Shown: piece by piece, positions 1 to 12,875 of the stretch
Layout: the number at the start of each line of letters is the position of its first letter
How positions within the stretch are numbered: position 1 is the stretch's first letter
Origin: Nemertoderma westbladi
Taxonomy: Eukaryota; Animalia; Xenacoelomorpha
Length of the DNA stretch: 40,260 nt
Direction of reading: 5' to 3'
Assembly: GCA_032718475.1 (NCBI GenBank)
Contig: JAUCBJ010007546.1
Span: 1-40,260, forward strand
The notes under the pieces: generated by a model
Database searches by the model: none
What the model saw: the letters and a program-made list of their open reading frames with translations, nothing else
What the model was told of the DNA's origin: nothing
Program-made: the position numbers and the translations under genes

Positions 1-6
1 GACTTG

Positions 7-846
7 AGCCAAAGAAAGAACGGCTTGGAAGTATTTTGTGCTGTACTGCTTTTAGTCTTACACTAGTAGGTTTAATTATAAAGGGCATATATCCTTTAAC
101 GGACTACTTGAATATCTCTGTAAATATCTCAATGCTGACATACCGGTACTGATGTACCGATATACCTAACTGTTCAGTTGTTGTTTATACTGCTATTTAC
201 TGTCAGTTCTTCATAATATGGTTGATGAATTATTATATTTGGAATAACGATAAATAACCCCGCAACCCAATATTCTTGATATACCGAAGGTAAGAGAGAA
301 AGGTTACTAATAACGATTGTGACTTATGTTAAAGTGGTTTGAAGTGAATCTAATGTTATTTGATAGACCCTACATGAGTCAGCCTGTGTTCCTTTTATAT
401 GTGACTAAAATCAGTGAAGATTGGCAGATTAGTGTGCAGTATTGTGCAGCATTGTGTATGAGTGAGTCTGTTAAAGAAGCAATTCCTAAAGAATGCGCCA
501 TATATGTGAATTATAATTAAGCCATATCGTTGTGAGTAGTTTAAGTCATAACTCTGTTTATATAGATAAAGCGCCACGTCCTAAAGGAACTGTTAATATT
601 ACCGAAGGTGAATAATATTGTCAGAGATTATATAATACTGTCAGTCGAATAATACATTAGGCTTACATAGCAATAAAATTAAACCGTCGAACCCAATCTC
701 CCGGGAATATCCAGCGGGTGAATGGTCGCGCACGGATTGGTTTCGACTAGTGTAGTGAATCAAATATTTGTCATAGACTAAAAGCAGATTTAATATCTAG
801 AAGACATCTTGATTTGGTGGGTTAAACTGCCAAAGGTCTGAAAGCG
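7..846. repeat. Left arm of long imperfect inverted repeat (pairs with 6175-6960); may extend beyond window start
   Basis: 571-600 is the exact reverse complement of 6421-6450, and 423-461 of 6556-6594; colinear complementarity seen from about 7-26 (vs 6941-6960) to about 846 (vs 6175). Confidence 0.93.
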
Positions 847-3800
847 AGAACATCGGGCTTTCTCACCTGAATTATCTTGGGAGACGTAGGAGGAGTTTTT
901 CTTACCTGCTCTCTCCTGTCATTGGTTCGAGACTTGAATTTACTTACCTGATCTTTAGGCATTTTATTTACGTAATAAGATCTGTCAGTGTCTTTTCCGC
1001 TATCTTCTCCTTGAGAAGTCTGGCTTTCGCCGTCATCTGTATAACACACTGGTGTTACCTTTCTCCTAGAGACGGGTTTTTCACTTACCTTGTTTTCCGG
1101 TGTCTTCTCTCTGGACAGTTTCAGGAGCTGTAATTTCACTTCTCCATCTAGGAATGACATGAGATCAGCCATGGTAGGATCTCGTCGTTGTTGTTCCATC
1201 ATATATAACACTTTCTTATCCCAGCGTGTACCTACTCCACCCTTCGGTAAAGTAGAAGCCACTGCTCTAATAACCATAGCACTCTGATACTCATGAGACT
1301 TACCTAGCCAATCTAATTGTCTGCAGATCTCCTGAATCTCATCGGAGAACTCTATAATCCCGCTGCTCATAAACTTTCGGGGCGCCACTAACTTTGCATA
1401 CAAATACCCAGCTATGTTATTCCTATTACCATACCTGATGTTTAGTGTATCCCAAACTTGTCTTAATCCATCTGGATGTCCAATAAACCTTAACGCCATT
1501 AACTTGGGAGATCCTTCCAAGCACTCGATGAGGAACCTAAGTTTCTCTCCATTAGATAGTACAGAGTTCTGTATGTTATCTTTGTAATATTCATTAAAAG
1601 GTAACCATTTCATCTCATCTCAATTGAACTTGACGATCTCTCCCACCTTTACTGCTTGCCGGGCTTCGGTTCTAGCCATTTGACACGTAAAACTTTCTTG
1701 GGCCATCGTGTTATTTAATATCGAGTTATCGGTATATGAATTTCTCGGATTATGATCCGGTCTATAGGGAATATCATTATCAACAGGTCTATAATTACTC
1801 TTAATAGGGTTCACTATAGGAGTTTCTACTTCGCTAGCAGTATAGATGCGTGTAGGCTCCACACCTTGCGCATGAGATACTTCAGACCTAACAGGTTGAC
1901 ACATTGTTACAGGGGGTGGTGGTATACCCTTTTGTAAATTTACTAATTTATCACGTTCTAGCGCGATATTTTGCTGCACTTCTTGCAACTCTAACCTACT
2001 TTCCTTTACGGTTCCCTTTAACTGTTGAACAGTCCCTTCTAACTCTCGGACCTGTTGGGAGGAGCGAACTCGATTTTCCTCCATCTTTCCGAGGAGAATG
2101 TCCATCCCGCACCGTCTCTCGTCCACCCAATCAACCGCCGAAGCGGGATCCGCCAACGTCGTAGCGGGCAGACGAGGGACTACGGGCGATATATCCTTTA
2201 TATTTCGCTCGGAGTCCAGGACCGACACTGTTTCAAGGGCTGTTCCTCTAGGCACAGATAATTTAGTGCTGTGTAAAGGGAATTTAAAGGTAGGTTCTGG
2301 GGGTACAGGTGTCTCTATCACCGAAGGGGTGATTTCAAGAACAGGCCTAATTATTTCAGGCTCATCTACTATAGTAGGGAGTCTTTCTATTTTAATTATT
2401 TGGTCTGTGGGTTCTGTACTACCTAAGTTTGTGTTATTTAGTTGCCTTCTAACAGCTGGGGGCAAATCAGGTAATTTCTGACGGTGGGACATTCTTTTAC
2501 GTCTGCTTAGGCGAGATCGATTTCCCCCTCCTTCAGGATCGGTGGTATCGCCTTCCTCAGATGATGTATAACCCTGTCTTTTGGGAGTAGATCGATTCAT
2601 CATCTGCATATTACTAGCTGTTAACTGTTTACTGAAGTCGTCTTGCTTCTCTTGAAGATTTTCCAACTCCAGTTGGGCGATCTCTTCAGCCGCTCTCCGT
2701 TCTGCTTCTGCCACCGCCGCCGCTTTTGCCTCTGCCGCTGCCGCTTTTGCCTCTGCCGCTGCTTCTGCCAAGGTCGCTTTTCTTTCTGCCTCTGCCACTG
2801 CTGCTATCCTTCTGTCTTCTATACGTTTTTTCTTTATTTGTTCTTCTTGAACCTTAGCGATGCGGATACTTTCATTGAATTTAGCTTTGTTCGCAGCTAA
2901 CCTATCCACATCGATTGCGTCCAACACACGCTGGGCTCCTTCACTATTAGGGCTAAGTCCCTCTAGCCTTCTCCTCAGCTCTTCATCACCTACAAAACGT
3001 TGATAGTCCGACAGATAGATATCAATAGCATCCCTCTTATGCGGTTTCTCTGCTGTCGCTTCACTCTCCACTTGGGAAAATGTAGCGTCTGTTGATTCTC
3101 CATGGGTTGAGCGCTGCTCTAGTTGGGCTTTCCACTGAGCCGTTCCTTGAACTTTGAGACTCACCTTTTGAAACCAAGTCTTTACAGCAACTTGCAACGA
3201 CGTGTCTTGTCTTCTTTTAGAAGCCTCCTCAAAGGCTGATAAGATTAGCCTGATTCGTAGAATTCTTTCTCTAACTTGATAAAGCAGTTGTCCCTGCTCT
3301 TGAGGTCCTTGGGGTTGTTGAAACAGTTGTTTTTCTACTCGCTCCATAGAGCTGAAGAATCCCTGTGCGTATCCGGCTGCGGACCTCTTCCACACAGCTG
3401 GATCGGTGGTCTCCTTGGCTACTCCCATCCGGTGTATGTCTTCCCAGGCAGCTTCTGATAAATCAAACGGGAGTCCGGGTCCGGGGAAGTTCCATTGCGA
3501 CTCAACAATAGATTTCAGTTCTTCCTTTGTGTATCCCGCATAACTATCTTTAGTCGATCGCTTACTTCTCGCCCAATCGATCTGGTGTTCTTCCACCGCG
3601 ATCAATATCCTAGTGAGTTCGGCTGCAGGAAGGATGAGAAGGGGATCCGAATAAACCGCATCCGTCATCTTTGCTCCACGCTCGGGTGTCAGCTCTACAG
3701 TATCTTCACTACTGGAGCTGTTGGGCCGCTGAGAAATAAGTTCTTGGCTCGCGGGATGTTGCTGTTCCGCTGCTTCTTGGTCCCGCTTGACCTGGGCTCG

Positions 3801-3983
3801 AGTGCCTATGATAGACCTACGATGTTGGACCAGCCTAGGTTCTGTTATTACTACTGGAGGGATGACCTTCCTCACAGTGGGAGGTGAACTGAACTTAGGA
3901 CTAGACGGTTCTACACCCTTATCTGAGTCGCAGATAGTTACATCTAATAAACTGTCTGACAGGTTCTGCTTAGTATCAGACAT
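822..3983 (-). pseudogene. BEL/Pao-type gag-like ORF (about 1053 codons) split by one in-frame TGA at 1620-1622
   Basis: ORFs 1620-3983 and 822-1613 are in the same frame (KFN*DEMKWLPF); the downstream part has DUF1759-like gag motifs (F.G....W..F, EKLRFLIECLEG, WDTLNIRYGN); long low-complexity/coiled-coil N-terminus; no CCHC knuckle or pol follows. Confidence 0.8.
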
Positions 3984-4171
3984 GTTTGTTTACCCAGTTG
4001 AATGCCTACTGCTATATTACAGTCTAAGCAAGTCCAGTAATTCAGTATTAACTGCTAGCCTAGTAATTAATTACCGATACTGCTACTCAGTGTAGCGTGA
4101 TATATAATATTAGAATACCAGTATGCTTATGGTATATATAAGTATTATTACAGACTAGGTTTTTCACAGAA

Positions 4172-4355
4172 ACCGGTATATAATTTTAGCACAAATATAT
4201 ATAAATATATAATAGGCCTATCGTGGATACCGGTATGCAGTTTACACTTATAGTATATATAAGTATAATTATTAACTAGAATTAATTACAGAATACCGGT
4301 ATGATTTCAGCACAAATATAAATACATAATAGGCCTATCGTGGATACCGGTATAT
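4172..4355. repeat. Short direct duplication (about 120-bp period) upstream of gag
   Basis: accggtat...agcacaaatata...aataggcctatcgtggataccggtat occurs twice. Confidence 0.8.
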
Positions 4356-5320
4356 CAATTATTTTAAATAATTGAATTTCTGAATTTTAAGGGTTACTTG
4401 GTTACTTTAACTTACTTTATTACCGTTATTTAAGCAGTAGTCCAACTGATATTGAGACCTAATTGTTATATGGCAGGCCTACTATTTATAAATCGTTTGA
4501 GTTGATTTATAATATATATATACCCGTTGAAATGGGTTTTTTCAATGTTTGAAATAAATGTTATTATTTCTGGGGGAGTCACTACACATAAGCTGTGCGC
4601 TCTCAGTGGAGTGCTACTTGTTAGACACTAAAACAAATAATTCTAATTTACCTAAGTTACTTAATACTACAAATTACGTACAATTCGGGTTGAGATTACA
4701 ATCTCTAAATAAACACAAAAATTTAATTACAAATACACAAATACAAATTTTTAGGGTAATTTTACAAGAAGTCTACTAACCAGCCTAACAAAGGGTTAGA
4801 ATATCTGGTTATTACAACGGACAGGTTACTACGGTATTTGAAAGTAACAAGTAGTAGTAAATATACTGCGTTGTCCAGATAGGAAAATACCACCGCCTGA
4901 CGACCTATAACCGTATCGCTATAGGTACTACATTATGTATCACGGAGTGTCCCTACCTAGAAGTTAATTACCGCGGTCTACCAGAACCAACGTGCCTATT
5001 AACCACTTTACAACACAAATACACTGCCTACACACTAATTGCTTTCGGAAAGCACTGTACACTAAACCCTAAATTAGGTACAAGTACTTGTACAACAAAT
5101 AATCAGTAGTTAAAAATACTTGAACAGCTAAAAGAACCACGGTATCTGCCGGAGTGACCAAAGCACAAAATCTCCAGTCTTTACCTACGCCGAGCAGCCC
5201 TGATGTAGTACCGGGGTTAGTTTAACTATAACGGTATGTATAACAAACACAATTACTGTAGGAATAAACTTGGGGATATGAATGTTGCGAATAATCGCAT
5301 AAACTCTGAATAATAAATAT

Positions 5321-5887
5321 TACGCTACGCGTACAAACTATTCAAACAAAATGCAGACCAAATACTGACAGACTACTATCAAGCCTAAACAAACCACGGT
5401 ATATGCAGACTCCGAAATGATTAGTTAGTATGTGTTCTAACCCAGTAGTACGACTTATTCTTTCACAGGGGGTTTACCTCACAGCATTTGAAGCCCCTAC
5501 TTTCCTAACTTAGCACTTTATCGGACAGATGCTCTACACACACCGAAATTTCCTCAAACCCAACAACAGCCAGACAACTATCCAGCCTACAAATTATCTA
5601 AATAAAATTATACGCTACCCGTACAGACTACACAAACAAAGTACAGACCAAACGCTGGCAGACTACTATCAAGCCTAAATAAACTACAGGACATGTAGAC
5701 TCCGAAATGGTTAAATAGTATGCGTTCTAACCCAGTAGTACGACTTATTCTTTAGATGGGGGTTTACCTTACAGCTATGGCTGCCCCTACTTCCTAACCG
5801 TTCTTTATCGGACATACACTCTACATGCACTGCAATCCGTTCAGACCTAATCAACAGTTAGCCAACAGTCAAGCCTACAAATTATCT
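5321..5887. repeat. Diverged tandem duplication, about 290-bp period, non-coding
   Basis: 5321-5598 vs 5611-5887 share cagactactatcaagcctaaa, gttctaacccagtagtacgacttattcttt and agcctacaaattatct. Confidence 0.9.
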
Positions 5888-6174
5888 GTACAATCTGAGC
5901 AGGCTTACACGCCTTCTGCTCAATACTGGCCTACGAATAAATAAAACTGACAGAAATAAGTAAGCTCCAAAAGAAACAAGGGGTGTACAGTCCCTAATCT
6001 CTTAAACAGCCTACCGGTATACAATACCACAATCGAATAATACTGCTGTACCTATACCGTAAGTAGGTACCGGTCCGGATGATCAGGCAGTCAGGCCTAC
6101 TGGTTACCGGTGGACCGGTACTTTCGACTAGATTGCTTACACCGCAATCTAGAAGCAATATCTGTTATTGTTTG

Positions 6175-6960
6175 CGCTTTTAAGACCTTTGACAGTTTAA
6201 CCTGCCAAATTAGGATGTCTTTTGGATGATATATATTATTTAGCTTATGACGAGTATTTGATACACTACATTAGCCGAAGCCAGTCTATGCGCAATCATT
6301 CACCCGCTGGATATACCCGGGAGACTGAGTTCGGAGCTTAATGATTGATGGTGTAAGCCTACTGTATTATTCGACTGATCGTAATATATAATCTCTGACA
6401 AATATTATTCACTTTCGGGAAATATTAACAGTTCCTTTAGGACGTGGCGCTCTAAATATGTAAACAGAGTTATGACTTAAACCAGACACAACGAAAAGGC
6501 TATAGATTCACGTATATGGCGCATTCTTTAGGAGATGCTTTGTTATCAGTTACAATCATACACAATGCTGCACAATACTGCACACTAATCTGCCGACCTT
6601 CACTAAATTTGGTCACGTATAAAGAGAGCAACATACAATTTATGTCGGGCATATGAAATAGCATTAGATTCACTTCAAACCACTTAACATAGGTCGCAAT
6701 CGTTTATCTGTAACCGGTCTCTCTAACCTTTAGTATATCAAGAAGGTGGGGTGTCTGACTATTGATCAGTATTCCGATATAATATTTCATCAACAAATAT
6801 AATGAATAACCGACAGTAAAAGCAGTAATGTTAAGTAAGATATGTATGATATGTTTAGTTATGGTTTGATAACAGATATACGTTCTATAATTAAGCCTAC
6901 TAATGTAAAGCTAAAGAATGCTGATATACGGAGGTGCCAAAAGCCGGTGTTCTTAGGCTC
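6175..6960. repeat. Right arm of long imperfect inverted repeat (pairs with 7-846)
   Basis: Reverse complement of the left arm, with many transitions and short mismatched blocks. Confidence 0.93.
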
Positions 6961-7162
6961 TGGGCAAAACATAACACTGAACTACTGAGTTTCTGTATCC
7001 AACTCCAACACAGAGTCAAAAAACGCTCTGATTGGTCAACCAAACAACGAGAGAACAAAGAAACAAAGAAATGTCGACGTGGCAATATCAGCTGTTAGCC
7101 GTCGTCATGGTAGCGACACTGTTTTCAAGAGTATCTAGCTTATCGCGTCACGAGATTGCGGA

Positions 7163-7286
7163 TTATGTCCTCTAAAGTACAAATACAGAAGAAATGACTT
7201 TTATGTCCTCTAAAACATCAGTACAGCAAGGACACGGCCTTTTTATGCCAGGCAAACCAACTACAGCGTACTTTAAGGGAAAATAA
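7163..7286. mobile_element. Possible short MITE-like element with imperfect terminal inverted repeats
   Basis: ttatgtcctctaaagtac vs gtactttaagggaaaataa; internal second copy of ttatgtcctctaaa. Confidence 0.3.
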
Positions 7287-7323
7287 CCGGTTAATTACGC
7301 AAAAGCTTTTACAATTACATTCA

Positions 7324-7677
7324 TTCGACCCAGCTACTATATCTCGGTCCCACCCGTCGCGTAACAATAAACAGGTTTTTGTGAAATTTACCTCTTATTA
7401 CGCGCGCGAATCTCTATTTAAATCACGGTTTAAGTTGAAAACCAGCGTATGTTCCGACCAGGTTTATATCAACGAGTTGCTAACACCATATCGTGGCGCC
7501 CTACTTTACGAAGCACGTCGGCTGGTCAAAGCTAAAGTACTACGCGATGCTTGGTCGACGGATGGCAATTTATTTGCTAAGAATAATAAAGGGGAAGTCG
7601 TTAGGTTAAATACCCCCAAGATATTACCAATCTCGTCGATATCTCTGATTCATCTCAGACACCATCTGATGTTGTGA
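7324..7677 (+). pseudogene. LINE ORF1 C-terminal fragment (RRM/CTD-like)
   Basis: ISRSH...VFVKF...VYINELLTPYRGALLYEARRL...AWSTDG pattern typical of CR1/L2 ORF1. Confidence 0.75.
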
Positions 7678-8851
7678 GTGTGATGTCGGTTCTCAACAGC
7701 AACAAGTTCGCGTCCTTACTTGAAGGCCCTGTTTGAAATTGGTACCCTACCGGTAATGGGATAACGAAATAGGCATAATTGTTGATATTTTCCTTTGGTT
7801 TACTTACTGTTTATTGGCTGATTGGCCCTGGGAAATGAACAATCGAAAGCATTTTTTTTTCTTGTTTTGTTTTGTGAGCTGTATAAATTTTTGTAGCTAA
7901 TTTTCGCGGTAGTGAAATACACAATCGGAACTTATGTGTTGATGTAGAATTTATATTTGTTCTCATTTAGATACCTCCCTATCTGCCGTTTATATTAGTA
8001 TTATATGATGGGTATATACCGGTATTCCCATACGGGATTATATTAGGGTTATATACCGGTATTTTTATACTGGATTATGATATAGATATGTACCGGAACT
8101 TGATTATATTTTTTTTAGGGGATATATACCGGAACTTGTTTATATTAGGAATATATACCATACCAGTATTTATATACGTGAACTGGATTATATTAGGTAC
8201 AATGTTATACTACATTATCAATTTCTCTTTTGCTTATATTTTTGTAATTTGAGATTACAGTAGTATCGATTGAACGATAGATAAGAAAGTATTTTTTTTC
8301 ATTTTTAGTTTTTTTGTTATTTGTTGTCTTGTAAGCCGTGACTCGCGTTACATAATTATCTGAACGCAGTACTGTACAGACTTCCATGGTTCACCTTCAG
8401 TTTGATTTCCTCTGAGTTTAATTTTCTACATGGCACGCCTTATAGGCCACTGTACTTTGCCATTATCATCGTAGGTTAATCAGACATATTATAGTACTTG
8501 TTCGATATATATATATATTGCAATTTTTATGTATTGTGTTAGTTGTTGCGTATGTGTTTGTGTACGTTTGTGTTTGTGTTTGTACATGTCATGTATGTAT
8601 GGTATATGTGGAAGTGTATATGTGTCACTGTTTAACACTATGGGGTCTGTCTGTGAGTGTAAGACTCTGATTGCTGCCTGCTGTGCCTTACTTGCTGTTC
8701 TATCCTCCTTGATTGGAACTGGGACCTCCCTTGCGTCGCCTCGGTCGCTGGGACTGATGAACCATAAAGTTGCTCTCCATTATAGTGTTTTAATTTCAAT
8801 AATATTTTATGTTTATATAAATCCTTTTGTTATTTCGGGTATTTATTAACT

Positions 8852-11800
8852 ATGGGTATTTCTACTGACCAATGGAGAGCATCTATTGGCCCATACGGTT
8901 CCACTAAGTTGTTAAGTGTAAAATTTGTAGCTTTTTCGTTTCCTTTGCCATGTTCATGGATCATCTTGCTATTAATTACTGCATATTTTTCACTTGTACT
9001 TTCTGGTGACGTACAGTTTAATCCAGGGCCGGCACTAACCACGATTCACCCACTACGCATTTTACAAACCAATATTAGGTCTTTGCCTGCTAACTGGGAT
9101 TATATGCCAGACCACCTTAGCACCTCATTTGATATAATTGCGGTGGTTGAAACATGACTCACTGATTGCAATAACTCAAGTGATTTGTCATTGGCCGGCT
9201 TTCAAGAACCTCTTAGGAGGGACCGTTGTGTTGGCTGGGGAGGTTTAGCGTTATATGTGTCCAACTCAATTATGTCAAAACGTATTCATGTTCTTGAAAA
9301 TGTGGCCCCAAATTATGAATCTTTGTGGTGCTCATGCTTAACCAAAGCTTCTATTTGGTTTATTTTATAGACCAGAGTACACAAGCCCAGATTTCTGGGA
9401 AGCAATCAATGATATTGTTTCGGAAGCAAGGGGGCTTGGCTACTCTGAATTAATTTTATTGGGTGACTTTAATAATGACTTACTGAACCCGAATGCCTGC
9501 AGGGACTTGGTGCACTTAATTCAGAGACAGGGTTTATCAAAGTGGGTAAATGAGCCCGCCCGTATTACGCCATCCTCCAGTACCTTGTTATTGCCCATTC
9601 TTACTACTGACTCCTCCAAGGTTTCGCATGTCAATGTTACTCCCCCTTGGGGGACTAGCGACCACTCCGTTGTGAAATTCGAATATAATTTTAAAATATA
9701 CAAAGAAACAGCATATAGACGCCACATTTGGTTATATAACGAGGCCAATTATGAACTTTTTTTGGACTGCCTGCGCGATATTAACTGGGACGATATAATT
9801 AATAACGAAACTGATGATGTTGATGCAATTATTTCTAAATGGTCTGATAAATTTTTAGAATGCGCAGCAGCTGCTATACCGAATAAGTATGTAACAATTA
9901 GACCATGTGATAAACCTTGGTATAACTCCAGTTTACGTGCACTGGCTAACAAAAAAAACAGGAAACATAAGCAAGCATGTCAACAGAATACCGAAATTGC
10001 CTCGGCAAGGTTTAGATTAATACGCGGTGATTACACTAATAAGTGTAAAATTGCAAAACAGGATTTTTACCAAGGGTTATCCGACAAATTGTGCTTTGAC
10101 AATAATATCACTGAAAAGAAATGGTGGGGTATCTGCAAATCTGTAATTGGCCTCCAGGTTAAACCTGAGATTCCGCCAGTATACTACAGGGATCGCATTG
10201 CGACTAATAGTCGTGAAAAAGCTGATCTCTTTAATGTCTATTTTACAGACCAATATAAACTGGATTGTTCGAACTTTATTATCCCAGAGGGGCCAATGCC
10301 TGAGCCTGTACTTACTGAAATAAACATTTCTAGAATTGACGTTTTAGCTGCAGCCAAAGATCTGTGTCCTGGTAAAGCTGCGTCACCTGGGGATAAAATC
10401 TCAAATAAAATGATTTTATCTGCTTTACCTTTTATGGCTCGTAATTTTTCCAAACTCTTTCAACTTATATTAGATAAGGCATGGCATCCCGCATCTTGGA
10501 AAAAAAGGTTCGTTACCCCGGTTTTTAAAAAAGGTTTACGATTTGAATGTCTTAATTATAGGCCAGTGTCCCTAACGAGCTGCCTTGGTAAACTTTTCGA
10601 ACGCATTATATTTAAATACGTATTCAATCATATAAAGGGTTATATAACAAAATTTCAATCTGGTTTCAGCCGCGGGGACGGATGTGTTTACCAATTACTT
10701 ACATTGTACCACGAGTTGGTTAGTGCCGTTGACAAGGGTAAAGAGGTAAGATTGGTATTTCTCGATGTCAGTAAAGCATTTGACAAGGTTCATCATGCCG
10801 CACTACTACATAAACTAGAGCGGATGGGGATATCTGGCTCTCTGTTGAAATGGTTTCAAAGTTATTTATCCAACAATATGCAGTGCGTCTTAATTAATGG
10901 GTGTCAGTCCACGTGGTTATTAACGCTTGCAGGGGTTCCACAAGGTTCTGTGCTAGGTCCATTGTTATTTTTAGTTTTTATTAATGACATTGTCGATATT
11001 GTTAGTTCTAAAGTAAAGTTATTTGCGGATGATACGTCTCTGTACGTTATTGTGGGGGAACCTAGTGTAGCCACGGCGGCTCTTAATGCCGACCTGGCTA
11101 ATGTTTTTGATTGGGGCAAAAAATGGTTAGTCACATATAACGCTTCAAAAACTGAGGCAATGTTGGTCTCCCACAAACAGGTTAGGCATATTGAACATGG
11201 TATCCTTTATTTGAATAATGACATAATTGAAGAAGTTGAGAGTCATAAACATCTTGGGTGTACTATATCGTCTGATTTAACATGGGATGCTCATATTAAA
11301 AATATTATTACTAAAGCTACGCTTAAACTAAATATGTTGCGCGCTGTTAAATATAAAGTAGATAGGGCAGCACTTCTCAAAATATATGTGGCGTTTATTC
11401 GTTCTGGTCTGGAGTATGCAGGGCCAGTGTGGGACAATTGTTCTAACGAACTAAAGTATAAACTGGAGCTGATAAATAAGGAAGCCATTAGGATAATATG
11501 TCGATTAACCATTTCTTGTTCAACTGTCAGTTTATATACTGAATCTGGAATATCGACCCTACAAAATAGAAGGACAATTCAAAAATTAATTATTCTATAT
11601 AAAATGACAAAAAATTCAGCTCCCCCACATCTGCGCGAATTACTTCCGGAAACCTTGGCCCAGTCTTCCCCATATTGTACAAGAAATCGAGATAATTATA
11701 GGGTACCTTTTGCTCGGAATAATTACTTTAAAAATTCATTTTTACTATCTTCCATACGAATATGGAACGATTTACCGGATAATATACGTAATGCAACATC

Positions 11801-12215
11801 TGCTAATAGTTTTAAAAATTTAGCAAGTAATCATCTTTACCCATCCGCAGCAGTGCCATCATACTACTTGCTCGGTAGCCCAAATATTAACGGCCTGCTT
11901 GCTCGTATGCGATGCATCTGTTCGTCTTTAAATGACGACTTATTTCGTGCAAAGGTTACTAGTTATAGAACTTGTGGGTGCGGCCATCCCTGCGAAGATG
12001 TGTACCACTATTTTATGGAATGCACGCGGTACACTAGCCCTCGATTGGTACTTAATCAGTCCATGTTACAACTTGACCTCCGTTTTTCGGTTCATGTTAT
12101 CTTACATGGACCTACTGGCACCCCCAGCATCGTTGCATCTAAAACACCTGTCCTTATTTCGGCTGTCGCAACTTTTATTGAGGCAACAAACAGGTTTAAT
12201 TCGCTGGGATACTAA
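8852..12215 (+). pseudogene. LINE ORF2 (APE endonuclease + reverse transcriptase); APE disrupted by a stop at 9155-9157 and a frameshift near 9370, RT frame 9459-12215 open
   Basis: NIRSL, VVET*L, GGLALYV, GDFN, SDH (APE); NYRPVSLTS, FLDVSKAFDKV, GVPQGSVLGPLLF, FADD (RT); C-terminal CGCG..EDVYHYFMEC. Confidence 0.93.
9008..9031 (+). other. 2A-like (StopGo) motif DVQFNPGP upstream of APE
   Basis: LVLSGDVQFNPGP in frame with ORF2; canonical motif is D(V/I)ExNPGP. Confidence 0.75.
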
Positions 12216-12801
12216 TATTCCTTATTTTTTCTTTGTCCCAGTCAGAATATTTTATCTTGCTTTTCGTATTTTACTAAGAAGTGGGTGATGGTGTGGCATA
12301 TCTTGTCAAAATTATTCAAAAATTGCATTAATATTAAACAAATGTTATTGTGCACCACTCAATCGTGATTCGTGGTTATTTTCCCAGGTGAAGACTATTA
12401 CACTCAACTTATTATTTTCGCCATACCTTGCTTAAAAGCACCTTTGTGACACCAGCGACTTATTGCGGCGAGCGGGTCGGGTTTCTCCCCATTCAGGGTG
12501 GGATGGATGTGGGTGGGATGCAGCGGGATTGGCAGAGGGTTTCTGGGGGGGGGGGGGGGGGGGGGGGACAGTGTGTCATTGTATGGATGTACCGAGTGTG
12601 TATTGTATGGGGCTATGTGCATGGTAAGTGTATTGTAACTGTATATATAGTATTAAGTATTACTTACGTTATGTATATCATTTATATATTGTATATTTGT
12701 ATTCCGTGCCTTACCTGTTTGTAATTATTCTGGCCGAGACGATTCCACATAAGTGTGCAACTTGTTATTGAATCGGCCCAACTTGTTTTGGAAAAATATA
12801 C

Positions 12802-12826
12802 ATTATATTATATTATATTATATTAT
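12802..12826 (+). repeat. (TATTA)n microsatellite tail at the LINE 3' end
   Basis: attatattatattatattatattat at the end of the 3' UTR. Confidence 0.75.
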
Positions 12827-12875
12827 CCACCAGATAAGGCCCTATGTACACTACACTATACGGCATTATCTCAGA

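Larger units (their letters stand above)
7290..12826 (+). mobile_element. CR1/L2-group non-LTR retrotransposon, 5'-truncated
   Basis: ORF1 C-terminal fragment, APE+RT ORF2, 3' UTR and (TATTA)n tail; 5' boundary approximate. Confidence 0.9.

Noticed and set aside
7-6960. DIRS element or DNA transposon with TIRs
   Set aside because: No RT, tyrosine recombinase or transposase between the arms; arms are too diverged for functional TIRs
12545-12568. Poly-G tract (also poly-C at 18862 and poly-G at 21331)
   Set aside because: Simple homopolymers within TE sequence; no evidence of function
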